A stretch of DNA of 64,000 bases from a virus (taxonomy: Duplodnaviria > Caudoviricetes): IMG/VR virus record IMGVR_UViG_3300012157_000001, positions 115,402-179,401 of that record; one strand, written 5' to 3'. Both the position numbers and the translations under genes were made by a program. The notes beneath the pieces were generated by a model, which was not told the DNA's origin, did no database searches, and worked only from the letters and a program-made list of their open reading frames with translations. Shown one piece after another: positions 10,022 through 20,388 of this stretch; positions within the stretch are counted from its first letter, which is position 1; each line of letters starts with the position of its first letter.

Positions 10022-10657
10022 TTACTCCGGAATGTAGGTGTCGAACTGTTCGAGAATGCGAGGCAGCACCGTGTATACGCGGGACATCCGCGGGAACGAG
10101 TGGAAACCGAGTGAAAGGTCGATCGGCGCGTAGCAGCGCGCCTCGTCTTGGGTCGCGATGAGCGTTTCGAGTGCGGTGCGCCGAACGATGTATCCGTGCG
10201 TACAGGCCGGCCATTTCACCTCGTACACCTCCCCAGAGATGTGCTTTCGATGCCTACCCTGGGTGCAACACGAGCCCACGTACAACACGTCGAAGTGGCC
10301 GGCGTCCTCCACCGCTCGATCTAAGCGCTCTCGCCAATTCTCCGGAAACTTTGCGTCGTCCTCGACGACGAAGAACAGTTGATCCGGCAGGAGCAACAAT
10401 GCCGCCCAGAGAGCTCGGTGCGAGAGCCAACAACCGGTTGGCTTCGGGCCCATGCGAAAGCCGCATCCGGGTCCCCCGTCGACCTCGTAGGGAAGCGTCG
10501 TCTCGACTCCTAGCTTGGGTGCGTTTAGCCCGTAGAAATAGGCTGCGTCTACGCCTCGCTCGGCAAAGTGCTGCCGCGTACGCTCGCCAGTGCGAATTCC
10601 CACGCCCGGCGTCTGTGCCTCGTAGCTACCGAACAACGTCACACAGACGATCTTCAT
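10022..10657 (-). CDS. glycosyltransferase family 25
   Basis: GCWLSHRALW, VVEDDAKF, THGYIV, PIDL. Confidence 0.85.
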   Translation of the reverse strand: MKIVCVTLFGSYEAQTPGVGIRTGERTRQHFAERGVDAAYFYGLNAPKLGVETTLPYEVDGGPGCGFRMGPKPTGCWLSHRALWAALLLLPDQLFFVVEDDAKFPENWRERLDRAVEDAGHFDVLYVGSCCTQGRHRKHISGEVYEVKWPACTHGYIVRRTALETLIATQDEARCYAPIDLSLGFHSFPRMSRVYTVLPRILEQFDTYIPE

Positions 10658-11355
10658 TTGTTTGCCTCACCGTTGAATGGACGGTCGTACTTCTCCGCCC
10701 CGGGCATGCCGCCCCATTTCGCCACGTACCGATCTCGGTTGGCGACCCAGCGCTCTTGAAACCACGCGCTCTTCTCGCCCGTTGAGCCTTGGTACCCGGC
10801 ATGTTCGATGAGCCATCCGTGCGTGATGCCCGAGGCATAGGTTGCGCGTCCGTAAGACGGCCGGCTCACCTCTTTGATGGGCCACTCGTCGATCTGCTCG
10901 CCCGCCAGCCGAAGCCGACGACGATAATCGGTGTCCTCCCAGTACGCGGGGTAGTATTCCTCGTCGAACTCTCCCACGCGCCGCCACACCTCCTCGTCAA
11001 GCCGATACGCCGAGAAGCCCTGCGCAGCCACCACACGGCGCGCCGAATCCATCATCCGGGAGAAGGTATCTCTGGCGACGGCGCAATCGCCGTTCAGGAT
11101 GATGATCGTGCCGACGCCGTCCTCGTCGAACACGGTGCGACAGAGCAGATTCCACGAGCCGGCACAGCCGACGTTGCGGGTTGGTCGCAGAACATCAAAG
11201 CCTGCTACAGCGCCGAGCAGGCTTTCACCATCGTCCACCACCAGCCTTCGGATCGGCGGCAGATCGCTCGCAAGCGCCGACTCGATAGTCTCCCGCCAGA
11301 CCCAGTCGGGCTCGTTGTAGCGAGTAATCCCCAACACGAACGGCGGCCGGCTCAT
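10654..11355 (-). CDS. glycosyltransferase family 2
   Basis: VVDDG, NVGCAGSWN, ILNGD, GEFDEEYYPAYWEDTDY. Confidence 0.85.
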   Translation of the reverse strand: MSRPPFVLGITRYNEPDWVWRETIESALASDLPPIRRLVVDDGESLLGAVAGFDVLRPTRNVGCAGSWNLLCRTVFDEDGVGTIIILNGDCAVARDTFSRMMDSARRVVAAQGFSAYRLDEEVWRRVGEFDEEYYPAYWEDTDYRRRLRLAGEQIDEWPIKEVSRPSYGRATYASGITHGWLIEHAGYQGSTGEKSAWFQERWVANRDRYVAKWGGMPGAEKYDRPFNGEANK

Positions 11356-11978
11356 CGTTTACGGTACACCTTCCAGCCGCCGTGATCTTCGAGCTCGCTG
11401 AAACCGAGAGCTTCGAGCTCTCGTTGAGCTTTCTTGGTGGTCGGCCAGTCCGTGTCATCAAATACCCAAAGGCCGCCGCTGCGCACCTTGGGAGCCCAGA
11501 GCGCGACCTCTTCGCACGACACCTCTTCAGAGTGGTTCGAGTCTTGGTGCAACAGGTCGATAGTTCCGTCTCCGTAGAACCCGACGACGTCCCGTGAGCT
11601 CATTCGAATGAGCCGTGCGTACCAGACCAGGTCTAGTCGGTAGAGCGCCTCTTGGGCGCTTCGCGCGACTACTTCGTAGTCCACCTTCTGACCCCACCAC
11701 TTGTCATTTTCGGGATCATTGGTTCCCTCCAGGGCAGCCCCTGGAGTGAACGGGTCGATGCCGTCAACCCTTCCGAAGTCATTGCGTCCGCACCGCACTC
11801 CTAGCGCAATCGCGACAAGACTTCTGCCGCCGAACACGCCTAGCTCCACGCAGAGATTTTGGTCACGTGCGAGCGCCGACAACCGATAGGCTTTTTCGAT
11901 CGTGCACCATCCAAGCATGCCCGGTAGCTCCCGATCGATAATCGCTTCGACTTCCGACCGGCTCATGGAGTGACCCAT
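11352..11978 (-). CDS. class I SAM-dependent methyltransferase (paralog of 9389-10018)
   Basis: VELGVFGGRS, IDLLHQDSNHS, VFDDTDW. Confidence 0.88.
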   Translation of the reverse strand: MGHSMSRSEVEAIIDRELPGMLGWCTIEKAYRLSALARDQNLCVELGVFGGRSLVAIALGVRCGRNDFGRVDGIDPFTPGAALEGTNDPENDKWWGQKVDYEVVARSAQEALYRLDLVWYARLIRMSSRDVVGFYGDGTIDLLHQDSNHSEEVSCEEVALWAPKVRSGGLWVFDDTDWPTTKKAQRELEALGFSELEDHGGWKVYRKR

Positions 11979-13954
11979 GTCATGGTGCTGAGCTCTTTCT
12001 TATCGATGCGAGCGAACCACGCTTCACAGTCTTTGATGCCGTAGGTCAGAACAAGATCCGGACCATCCTCCACGAGGCCGGCGCAGAACTCGATGCCGTA
12101 GACCTGGAAGATCCAAGACGGAGACACTGCCGCCACATTGAACTCGGCGTCGAGCTTCACAAATCGATGCAGGTAGATTCTGGTTTCAACCGCCTCGATC
12201 GTTTCGTGGACCACACACAAGTAGCCGCCCTCGAACGCAATCGCTGCGCCGCCGCGCGCATGGTCGAGAGCGAGCGGACACGCTCTACGCGCGTCCCCAG
12301 GGATCACTACCGTGGGATCAAGCGAATAGATGAACCGGATGTCGCCACCAACGACAACCGGCATCCAGTTCTTTTCATGCGTCTGCCGGCTCTCCTGTAC
12401 GTGAGCGTGGGTGACGTTGCCGTCGCGATCGAGGTCGAGCTTAGCGATCATTCTCCGAGCAGCATCGCGGTCGCACACGGTACAGCTCCCGGCTAGCATT
12501 GGACCTTCCGGGCCCTTTAGCGATACCAGTCGGATGTCTTCGTATCCGACGATCTTCGAGTCTTGCCGAGGTGACGGATCCAGGTCTCGCATCCGCTTGG
12601 GATCGATCAACTCGCCAGAAGGCCCGAGACGTCCCAGGTAGTTCTCGGTTCGAACGATCCTGTCCGGGTCGTCGATGGAGTATTTCCTGCCGCTCATCGA
12701 ATAGTTCACAGCACGCACGACGCACCAGAGCTCGCCATTATGGCGACAAACGCTTGGGTTCATCGGCCGATAGCCGTCGGGCGGCTCGAACTTGATCTTC
12801 GTGCTCTTCGCGCTCGGCAGCAGCTTTCCCAGCGCAAGGGGGCGGAGCATGCCCCGCGCCTCGTCACGACGTATATGCGGCGCTCGCGGCGAGACGCTCA
12901 GCCGATCCAGTTCTTCTTGGCTGCCAACGCCCAGTCGTTCCAGCTTCGCCTGAACAAAGTCACGCTCTGCCTGCGCGCGCTCTTCTCCTTCCGGGAGCGC
13001 ATACCTCAAAATGTCGTATGGGAGCTCGTAGAGCGCGGGTAGGTGTTTGAAGTGCTCTCGATCGGCCGCGTGCACCCTACCGCTTCCTTTGAATCGTCCC
13101 CCCGCCTCAGCCAAGCGTGCCCACGCAATCGCCTGGTTCTTTCTACCAAGCTTAAATGCTGCCAGCGCTGCCATCCACGCACACTCGGAGTAGGTAGAAT
13201 CGGCCGCCAGACCGCGCGCCGCGGCGTAGATGGCTCCATCGAACTGCTTCATCAGGTACAGCATCTCCGCATGCTTGTACGCTGCCCACGCTGCCTCGCC
13301 GCCGAACTTGCCCAGGACAACGCAACGGTTGAAGGCATCCGCCGCCCGCTTGGGATCACCAAGTCCCTCGTACGAGGTGCCGAGGTAGTACCACCACCGC
13401 GCAGCGGTAGGCTCTTTCTTCACGTACTCCGAGAGCAATGCGACGTCTTGGATATACTTCCTGGCGTACTGTTCCTTCGATTTTTCGAGCTCCAGGAACG
13501 ATGCTCCCTTTAGGGTCGTCCTGGACCCACAGTGCAGGAACTCATGCGTCGGTCCGGTGAAGCACGCGCCTCGACGGGCGCGAATGATCTTCTCCTTCGA
13601 GTAGAAGCCCGTGAAGCTCTCCATGAGCACCACTTCTTCTTTGATCGCCGCAAGCGAGGATCTCAGATCCCGCTCTCCGAAGCTGAGTCGCTCGTCCGAG
13701 TCGACAATGACAATCCAAGTCGCTCCTAACTCTTCGGCGAAGCGGAAGCCCGCGTTCCTGGCAGTCGAAAAGTCGACCCAGGCGTGCTTGGCCAGGCGCA
13801 GCTTCTCCTTCGCTACCTCTCGCGCCACCGCTTCCGTGCCGTCCTTGATTCCGGTGTCAACGAGAAGCACCCGATCGACGTGATCAACCACGCTTCGAAT
13901 CGCGTCGCCGATCTCTGATTCGCGGCTATCGGTGATGGTGACAGAAACGATCAA
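11963..13954 (-). CDS. GT2 glycosyltransferase with TPR repeats and a C-terminal beta-propeller (glycosidase-like) domain
   Basis: VDTG, DFSTARN, VDSDE, THE; TPR-like YYLG helices; NPS, GYEDIRL, EKNWMP, GIEFCAGL. Confidence 0.82.
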   Translation of the reverse strand: MIVSVTITDSRESEIGDAIRSVVDHVDRVLLVDTGIKDGTEAVAREVAKEKLRLAKHAWVDFSTARNAGFRFAEELGATWIVIVDSDERLSFGERDLRSSLAAIKEEVVLMESFTGFYSKEKIIRARRGACFTGPTHEFLHCGSRTTLKGASFLELEKSKEQYARKYIQDVALLSEYVKKEPTAARWWYYLGTSYEGLGDPKRAADAFNRCVVLGKFGGEAAWAAYKHAEMLYLMKQFDGAIYAAARGLAADSTYSECAWMAALAAFKLGRKNQAIAWARLAEAGGRFKGSGRVHAADREHFKHLPALYELPYDILRYALPEGEERAQAERDFVQAKLERLGVGSQEELDRLSVSPRAPHIRRDEARGMLRPLALGKLLPSAKSTKIKFEPPDGYRPMNPSVCRHNGELWCVVRAVNYSMSGRKYSIDDPDRIVRTENYLGRLGPSGELIDPKRMRDLDPSPRQDSKIVGYEDIRLVSLKGPEGPMLAGSCTVCDRDAARRMIAKLDLDRDGNVTHAHVQESRQTHEKNWMPVVVGGDIRFIYSLDPTVVIPGDARRACPLALDHARGGAAIAFEGGYLCVVHETIEAVETRIYLHRFVKLDAEFNVAAVSPSWIFQVYGIEFCAGLVEDGPDLVLTYGIKDCEAWFARIDKKELSTMTWVTP

Positions 13955-14052
13955 GAGCTCTCGTGGACTCTATATCGTTTTGTGCCTAAAACGCATCCAT
14001 CTTTTTGCTCGGAGGCGCCAATGCAGCCAATTCAGCCACAAAGACGCACTGC

Positions 14053-14823
14053 TCATTGTGGGATCGGCGAGAGCGACAGCGAGTGAATCGAAAGATCTTG
14101 GTTCCCGTCGAACTTGGATCCCAATGGACGGAGCGTGTCGCCGTTGTTCAATGTGACCCGTCGCTGAGAAGTGATCGAGATGCCGCCGCCGCTAACCAGG
14201 TCAGCGTAACCTGCGCCCGCTGCCGATGCGGCAGCCGAGAACATCGCTGCGCCGGTGAGATCGCCGTTGAGCGCAATCGCGACGCCGCACGTGCCGCTCA
14301 GGCCGTCGGTGCCCTCGAAGCTACAAGAGAGCGCGACCAGAAAACTGCGCCCGCTCACGCCGTTGTAGGTGAGCACGGAAGACGCGGCAGTCAGTGTGAA
14401 ATCCGACGTGCCGTCATACGAAAAATCGGATCCAACCACCTCGCGCCATATCGCCGAGTTGCCATTGGTGTCAAAGGTGTTGGTGAAGTCGTCGGTGACT
14501 TGAGACGTGCCGCCGGTGAACGAGGGCCCCGTCGGTCCGCCGGGCCCCGTCGGTCCGCCGGGTCCGGTCGGTCCGCCGGGTCCGGTCGGTCCGCCGGGTC
14601 CGGTCGGTCCGCCGGGTCCGGTCGGTCCGCCGGGTCCGGTCGGTCCATCAGCGCCGGCTGGTCCGCCAGGGCCCGTTGGTCCGGCCGGCCCCGTCGCCCC
14701 GCCGCCACCATCGGAGGGCCCGGTCGGTCCGGGAGGGCCGGGCGGTCCCGAGGGCCCCGTTACTCCCGGCTCGCGCGGGTCGAGTATCGGGGTGCCTACG
14801 TGGTCCTTCGGTAGCTGCGACAC
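14053..14823 (-). CDS. collagen-like protein with C-terminal globular domain
   Basis: GPT/GPG triplets (GPTGPG)n. Confidence 0.85.
   Translation of the reverse strand: MSQLPKDHVGTPILDPREPGVTGPSGPPGPPGPTGPSDGGGGATGPAGPTGPGGPAGADGPTGPGGPTGPGGPTGPGGPTGPGGPTGPGGPTGPGGPTGPSFTGGTSQVTDDFTNTFDTNGNSAIWREVVGSDFSYDGTSDFTLTAASSVLTYNGVSGRSFLVALSCSFEGTDGLSGTCGVAIALNGDLTGAAMFSAAASAAGAGYADLVSGGGISITSQRRVTLNNGDTLRPLGSKFDGNQDLSIHSLSLSPIPQ
14525..14650. repeat. 18-bp tandem repeat encoding GPTGPG
   Basis: ccgggtccggtcggtccg repeated about 6 times. Confidence 0.9.
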
Positions 14824-14867
14824 GTGCTGGCAACGGTACCGGAGGCCTCCCCTGAGGCGCCATTTTT

Positions 14868-15425
14868 GTGTCCCAGAAAAGCTCCTGGTACGGTTTGTCC
14901 ATGCGCTACGTGCCGCCGCCTCCGCCGCGCAGAGCGCGCGCCGAAACGTCCGAGCAGCTTCGCCGTCTCGTTGAGACCGAAGAGGCGCGCCATCGCGCAG
15001 AAGATCGGCCCTTTGATCCCGAAGCGCCTCGCGAGCATTACGCGGGCGCGCATCATTTTTCCGTCAACGCGCGAGCCCAAGCTGCCGTCGACTCCCATGC
15101 TGCGACCGAGCTCGTACTCTTCATCGAGAACACCGCCGACCTCTCGCCCGACGGTCCCCAAGGACAGGGTCATAGTGTGCTCCTGAATGCGCTTCGCAAG
15201 TGGCGTAAGGGTACGTACGAGCCGGCCCTCGCCATCCGTTTGTTTGAGTACCTCACCGAGTCCGGCGCAAAGCGCTACGCGCGCGAGTTCGACCATCCGT
15301 CACGTTGGAGCGAGATCTTCAATCCGGCGACCCGGCGCGAGGCCGCGCGGCAACTGGAAGAGGGCTTCCGTAACTCAGCCGAACGAGGCGAGTACAACGA
15401 CGTCGATTCACGTATCCGCCGCTGA
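14868..15425 (+). CDS. hypothetical protein
   Basis: protein-like composition ([14 protein letters not shown]...RKWRKGTY); start uncertain. Confidence 0.65.
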   Translation: MSQKSSWYGLSMRYVPPPPPRRARAETSEQLRRLVETEEARHRAEDRPFDPEAPREHYAGAHHFSVNARAQAAVDSHAATELVLFIENTADLSPDGPQGQGHSVLLNALRKWRKGTYEPALAIRLFEYLTESGAKRYAREFDHPSRWSEIFNPATRREAARQLEEGFRNSAERGEYNDVDSRIRR

Positions 15426-15450
15426 TCGCTAGCCGTCGGTGCCGAGGTTC

Positions 15451-16119
15451 CTACGCTCTGAGCTTCATATTTCGCATCCAGCCGAGCGTGAAGTTCCCAT
15501 CGGATGTGTGCCGTCTCGGATGATGATGGTGCCCTAGCAGCGACGGCGAGAACTGATGCTCAACAAGCGACGGCACGTGTACGCAAATACGCCTGCCCAT
15601 TGTCCTGATTGCATGCGAGACGGCGATGTCGGTGTGCGGCAGCGTCCCTCCCAGCGCGTCCCGCCACGAGTATACGTGCCGCAGAAGCTCTGGGAGGTCG
15701 TCGCGACGGAATAGAAGCCCTACGCTGCAGTGTAACGACGGACGACGAAGCCAGCGGCCGCGTCCATCGTGGCGCCGTCCGTAGATGTAGTCGATGATGC
15801 TGAACGCCGCCCCGCCGGGGTTGATGAGCCATCCAACGCCAAACCGTGGATCCGCCACATCCGTCCACGTCGTCACGTTTTCTACAATGTGCCGGTTGAC
15901 GAGCGCATCGTCCTCTAGGAACAGCACCAACCGCGTCGTCGCCGTCCGCGCACGCTCCATGACCGCTCGATAGTGAGCGAGCACAGTCACCCCTGCAGGA
16001 TGTTCGTGCCACTCGTAGTTCGTTCCGATGTCGCTCGCCTCGATCGATGCTCGGCAACGGTCGCTCACGGCACCGCGTCGGGGCGCAGCCATCACCAGCA
16101 CAGTTACGTCGTCGGCCAT
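15451..16119 (-). CDS. glycosyltransferase-like protein (GT-A fold)
   Basis: LVLFLEDDA, HTD, HVPSLVEH. Confidence 0.65.
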   Translation of the reverse strand: MADDVTVLVMAAPRRGAVSDRCRASIEASDIGTNYEWHEHPAGVTVLAHYRAVMERARTATTRLVLFLEDDALVNRHIVENVTTWTDVADPRFGVGWLINPGGAAFSIIDYIYGRRHDGRGRWLRRPSLHCSVGLLFRRDDLPELLRHVYSWRDALGGTLPHTDIAVSHAIRTMGRRICVHVPSLVEHQFSPSLLGHHHHPRRHTSDGNFTLGWMRNMKLRA

Positions 16120-16426
16120 ATGTGGCTACCTGGTTCGACGTACAAGCCACCGACCGATGTACACTCCGGCCACCGTGGCGATCACATCGGCAGCGTGGTT
16201 CGCTAGCGAGCTCGCCGGCACGACTCGGTCGAAGGCAGCGCGCCGTGCGCCGTTCTTCGCTGCGAGCCACGCAAACTCGACACCTAACGAGGCCAGCACC
16301 GCGGACGTCAGACCGATTCCAAGCAGACCAGATACGACGCCGATGCTGCCGTGCACAGCGGTGTCCCGGTCGATTACCGCGACGTGCTGCTCGGCTGCAT
16401 TGCTGGCTACCAGCATCGTCCGACCG

Positions 16427-17491
16427 TCACAGAAGGCGCTCTCCGGTTCGAGCTTCGTAGCGCCGGACGAGTCGGAAGCTCGCCGACTCGGGGTCGAAAC
16501 CGAGCGAGACAGCTCTATCGTGCGCGCCTTCCGTTGCTCCGATGCGAGCGAACGTCTTGGCGCTCTCCAGGGTTTCGTACGGACCCCATGGGCCTTCAGC
16601 GAGTGGTTCGTTCGAGCCACTCGCGAGCGCCCATACGTAGTAGCCGGAGGCGTTCGGCCGCTGCGACGGCGGTTCCCTTCCGAACATCTGCCTCCACAGC
16701 TCGGCCTGGCTCCGCTGCGCGCCCCCGGGCCGCGCAATATGGCTGCCGGACCGTATCCGGTTCCCAATCTCTTCGGCGAGAGCAGGATCGACCGGACGCA
16801 CCAGATCCCGCAGCGACGCGAGGCTCATCGAGCGCGTACCGCTCTCGCTCCATCCGAGCGCCTCCGCGATCCTGCGGTGCAGGCTATCGTTCGCCGCTTG
16901 ACCAAGCGGACCCGTGCGGGCTTCGTAGTCCGCCCATGCGGCGCGGGACGCCTCCTGCCGAGCCCGCCACTCTTCGAGCCCTTGGGCCTCTGCCGCCTGG
17001 TAGGCGCGCGCGTAGACTTCACGCCAGGTGAGATCCTCGTTCGGCGTCAGCGTGACAGCTATCCCTAGGTGGGCCAGGTCACGCGGCTCAGCGTACCCTT
17101 CCAGCGAATCGCCGCGCTTCCAGTCCGCTGGCACGTGCGCCTGCATCGTGTGCACGCCGATCGTCGCGTCCGGCCGTTCCAACAGGATCGTCCGAACCGC
17201 GTCTCGCGCAGGCTCGCGCCGCGTGAACAACTCGCTCAAGTACTTCCCCGTGCGCGTGTCCGCGACGACGAAGCCCAGATTCACGAGCTTGCTGCGCACA
17301 TTAGGATTCATGCGGCTTCCTCCCGATGCTCCACGTGGAGCAGTGCTTTCAGCGACTACGCGAATGTCGGCGGGGAACCCATCGTGTTCTACCAGCGACC
17401 GGCGCACCTCGTCCGCGCTCATGTCGGAATCGAAAAACACTCGATTCACCACGCGCCCGCGCTGCACCACATCCCAGCCTTTTTGGCTCAT
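16427..17491 (-). CDS. hypothetical multi-module protein
   Basis: start overlaps the amidase stop (ATGA); GGAG RBS. Confidence 0.65.
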   Translation of the reverse strand: MSQKGWDVVQRGRVVNRVFFDSDMSADEVRRSLVEHDGFPADIRVVAESTAPRGASGGSRMNPNVRSKLVNLGFVVADTRTGKYLSELFTRREPARDAVRTILLERPDATIGVHTMQAHVPADWKRGDSLEGYAEPRDLAHLGIAVTLTPNEDLTWREVYARAYQAAEAQGLEEWRARQEASRAAWADYEARTGPLGQAANDSLHRRIAEALGWSESGTRSMSLASLRDLVRPVDPALAEEIGNRIRSGSHIARPGGAQRSQAELWRQMFGREPPSQRPNASGYYVWALASGSNEPLAEGPWGPYETLESAKTFARIGATEGAHDRAVSLGFDPESASFRLVRRYEARTGERLL

Positions 17492-18321
17492 GCAGCCATC
17501 TCCTGTTCCGTCCACTCCAGCACGAGTCCAATTGGGTAGCTTGGTCCGCAGTCGTAGTGGCGACTGCCTTTTCCAGGATAAGCATGAGTCACGTCGATGT
17601 GCTCGCAAATGCCGCGCGCGCCGGCAACGATCTCATCTGGGTTGAGCCACACGAGCGGCACCGAGTACTGCCTGCACTTCGCCGCGACGAGCTTCGCCAC
17701 GAGTCGCAGCATCCGTTGACCGTAGGGGTCGAGCCACTCCTCGCGAGTTTGCTTCGCGTACCCGGCCTGCTCGATGCCGAGGGAGCGCCCATTCACGCCC
17801 GGAGCATGGAAGGCGATATCCTTGTCCTTGACGTACTGCTGGATCGAATCGTCATCGACGCCGTAGTGGCACGAGGCCGGCTTCGGCATTCCCAGTCTAA
17901 ACGCATGACCGAGCGCTTCGGCGCTTGAGTGAAACTCCCCGATTTCGGCGGAGTGGAGCACGATGATGTCGATCGCCGTTCGGTTGCCCCAGCCGTAGTC
18001 ACGAGCCTGGACAAACGTGATCGGTGGCAGAGCACCGTCGGGCGCCACTGGGCCTGGAGTTGCGAAGAGCGTTGGATCGACGAGCGCCCGAGTCGCTGCG
18101 TCCACCACGCCAGTGACTGGAAGCCCGCGACGCACCTGGTATGCCTTCGTTGCCGCTTCAGTGCGTGGGCCGAACTGTCCGTCGGCTGCAAGCGGCCAGC
18201 GCCAGGCCCACCCGGCGGGCGGCGACTCGCGCCGAAGGACGGACTGCCACGCGACCACATCGTGGCCAGACACGCCGAGCTTGAGCTCGCGCCACTCCGA
18301 CGGGGACGGCTTCAGCAGCAT
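17488..18321 (-). CDS. endolysin: peptidoglycan-binding domain plus N-acetylmuramoyl-L-alanine amidase
   Basis: DGQFGPRTEAATKAYQ...GLPVTGVVD; IVLHS, SCHY, AFHA, SLGIE, H..DCG. Confidence 0.9.
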   Translation of the reverse strand: MLLKPSPSEWRELKLGVSGHDVVAWQSVLRRESPPAGWAWRWPLAADGQFGPRTEAATKAYQVRRGLPVTGVVDAATRALVDPTLFATPGPVAPDGALPPITFVQARDYGWGNRTAIDIIVLHSAEIGEFHSSAEALGHAFRLGMPKPASCHYGVDDDSIQQYVKDKDIAFHAPGVNGRSLGIEQAGYAKQTREEWLDPYGQRMLRLVAKLVAAKCRQYSVPLVWLNPDEIVAGARGICEHIDVTHAYPGKGSRHYDCGPSYPIGLVLEWTEQEMAA

Positions 18322-18413
18322 TAGCGCTTAAGAAAAGCCTACGGCCTAGGCAGAACAGGCCGCAACTTTTCAGCTCTTCCGCGTCCGCAGAAAGACGCCG
18401 GGCCCCGCTGTTT

Positions 18414-18824
18414 TTACGTCGTCAGCCTGAACAAGGCGACAGCCATGTACGTCGGGCCGTCGCCGGCACCGGCGACGACCGTCTTGTGAACTACGCTCGG
18501 CGCCACACCGATCTCCGCCGCGAGCCGCTGCTTGACGTAAAAGAGTGCCTCGGCCGGGCTTCCTGCAACGGCCGCCACCGCCTGTAGGCTGGCGAGCGGT
18601 GCATTCGGTGTGTCCACCGACGTGCCGGTGACGAACCAGCCCTGCCACAGCAGCCCACTGCCGGCGCCGGCAATCTTGAAGTCGGCCATCCGTACTTCCC
18701 CTGCGGCAACGGCGGCTGCGATCTCGTTCGTGAGGCGGCTGACCATTTCATCGGCATCGCCAGCCTCGACGGCCCTGATGTTGAAAACAGGAGCCGGGGC
18801 GAAGGGAGCATTAAAGAGTGCCAT
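18414..18824 (-). CDS. hypothetical protein, tandem paralog 3
   Basis: FNIRAVEAGDADEMVSRL...AGAGDGPTYMAVA. Confidence 0.8.
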   Translation of the reverse strand: MALFNAPFAPAPVFNIRAVEAGDADEMVSRLTNEIAAAVAAGEVRMADFKIAGAGSGLLWQGWFVTGTSVDTPNAPLASLQAVAAVAGSPAEALFYVKQRLAAEIGVAPSVVHKTVVAGAGDGPTYMAVALFRLTT

Positions 18825-18854
18825 TTCTGGGTTCCTACGCTTTCTGTACGCTGA

Positions 18855-19286
18855 TCAGCCGGGAGGTGGTTCTTCCGCTGCCGTGACGCCGAACATGGCG
18901 ACGGCCATGTACGTCGGGCCATCTCCAGCTCCGGCGACCTCGACCTTGAAGACGGTGGAAGCAGTCGCGCCAATAGCAGCCGCCAGGCGTTGCTTCAGAT
19001 AGAACAGCGCCTCGTCGGGATTTCCGGCGACTGCTGCCACGAAGCGCGGAAAGTTCACGGCAAAGTCTGCTTCGAGCGGCGAACCGTCTCCCGTGACGAA
19101 CCACGCCTCCCACTCGGGTCCACTGCCCGCGCCCGCCAGCATGAAGTCGACGATTGCCTCTTCGCCGGCTGCGACTGCCGCGGCGACTTCATTCGTCAGC
19201 CGCGAGACCATTTCATCGGCGTCGCCAGCTTTGACAGCGCGCACGTTGAAGGCGCCCGGACCAAATTCCATTTCAATGAGAGCCAT
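18855..19286 (-). CDS. hypothetical protein, tandem paralog 2
   Basis: FNVRAVKAGDADEMVSRL...AGAGDGPTYMAVA. Confidence 0.8.
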   Translation of the reverse strand: MALIEMEFGPGAFNVRAVKAGDADEMVSRLTNEVAAAVAAGEEAIVDFMLAGAGSGPEWEAWFVTGDGSPLEADFAVNFPRFVAAVAGNPDEALFYLKQRLAAAIGATASTVFKVEVAGAGDGPTYMAVAMFGVTAAEEPPPG

Positions 19287-19328
19287 TTGCTTTCCTTCCT
19301 GCGATGGGGCCGGTGTGCCCGCTTCTCA

Positions 19329-19742
19329 CTATCCCTCTTCGGCGAGGTACACCGCTACGGCCATGTAGCTCCGGCCATCGGCCGCTCCGGCGACGACCAC
19401 CTTGAAAATGTTCTGCGGCGTGATCGGCGCCTCGTTCAGACGCTTCAGCAACAAGAACACCGCTTCGGTCGGGTTTCCCGCCACTGCCGCGGCAAAAAAG
19501 AGTTCCTGCAGCTCGATCGATACCGGCTCTGCTGCGGTGCTACCGGTGACCATCCATGACTGCCACTTGGGGCCGCTGCCGGCGCCGGCAATCTGAAAGT
19601 CTTCCAGCTGATCATCGCCGGCCGCAATCGCTGCAGCCGCTTCATTCGCCAGCCGACTCTCCATTTCGGCGGCATCGCCGGCCTCCACGGCTCGGAGATT
19701 GAACGCTGGTGGAGCTCCGTACGACATACTGATGAGTGCCAT
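19329..19742 (-). CDS. hypothetical protein, tandem paralog 1
   Basis: FNLRAVEAGDAAEMESRL...; GAAGGAG RBS. Confidence 0.8.
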   Translation of the reverse strand: MALISMSYGAPPAFNLRAVEAGDAAEMESRLANEAAAAIAAGDDQLEDFQIAGAGSGPKWQSWMVTGSTAAEPVSIELQELFFAAAVAGNPTEAVFLLLKRLNEAPITPQNIFKVVVAGAADGRSYMAVAVYLAEEG

Positions 19743-19752
19743 GTGTTCTCCT

Positions 19753-20337
19753 TCAAGCGACCTGCACGCTAACGGGCAGCAGAGAAAATCCGGACGGCTC
19801 CGGTAGGCGCAGTCCGCAGCGTGCGACGTCCTGCGGGACAGCAAGCTTTCTGCCTCCGGCGCACCACGCGGCGCTCGGAGAGAGCTCGGTCGCTGCGCGT
19901 AGTCCGCGCAGCGCGAGCCATGACGACGGATCGATTGGGGTCAACTTCAGCGAACCGTCGGCTAGGCGCGTGAGCTGCGCGACAGAAAGGTCGATGCTCA
20001 CGGCTTGTCCAAGCACCTTGCCCGCGGACACACGCTGCCCAGGCGTCAGGCCGGCCGTTGGAATCATGACGCCCGCGTAGGCGACGATCACTGGTTCGAC
20101 ATTGCTCGTGATCTCGACGCGGCTCTCCGTCATTCGCGTCACGACGCCGCTCACGACTGAGTACACTGGCGACGGCGCGCCCGTCGCGCTCCTGATTCGT
20201 AGCGCCGGGGCACAGCTAGGTCCGCCCGCGCAGCTCGACACTTCGCCCATGTCGAACACGGCGCGCACCGGGCGCACCAGTGCTCGGTAGGCCGCGAGAG
20301 CGGCAACGCTGGTCCAGACGATTGCCCCGAGGGACAT
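19753..20337 (-). CDS. membrane-anchored protein with degenerate M23-peptidase-like fold
   Basis: PVYSVVSGVV, GQRVSAGKVLG, IDPSSWL; no HxxxD/HxH. Confidence 0.5.
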   Translation of the reverse strand: MSLGAIVWTSVAALAAYRALVRPVRAVFDMGEVSSCAGGPSCAPALRIRSATGAPSPVYSVVSGVVTRMTESRVEITSNVEPVIVAYAGVMIPTAGLTPGQRVSAGKVLGQAVSIDLSVAQLTRLADGSLKLTPIDPSSWLALRGLRAATELSPSAAWCAGGRKLAVPQDVARCGLRLPEPSGFSLLPVSVQVA

Positions 20338-20388
20338 GCTTCCGAGGAGGCTAGCCGGCCTTCCCCGCGGCGCGCAAAAAGTTGGTAT

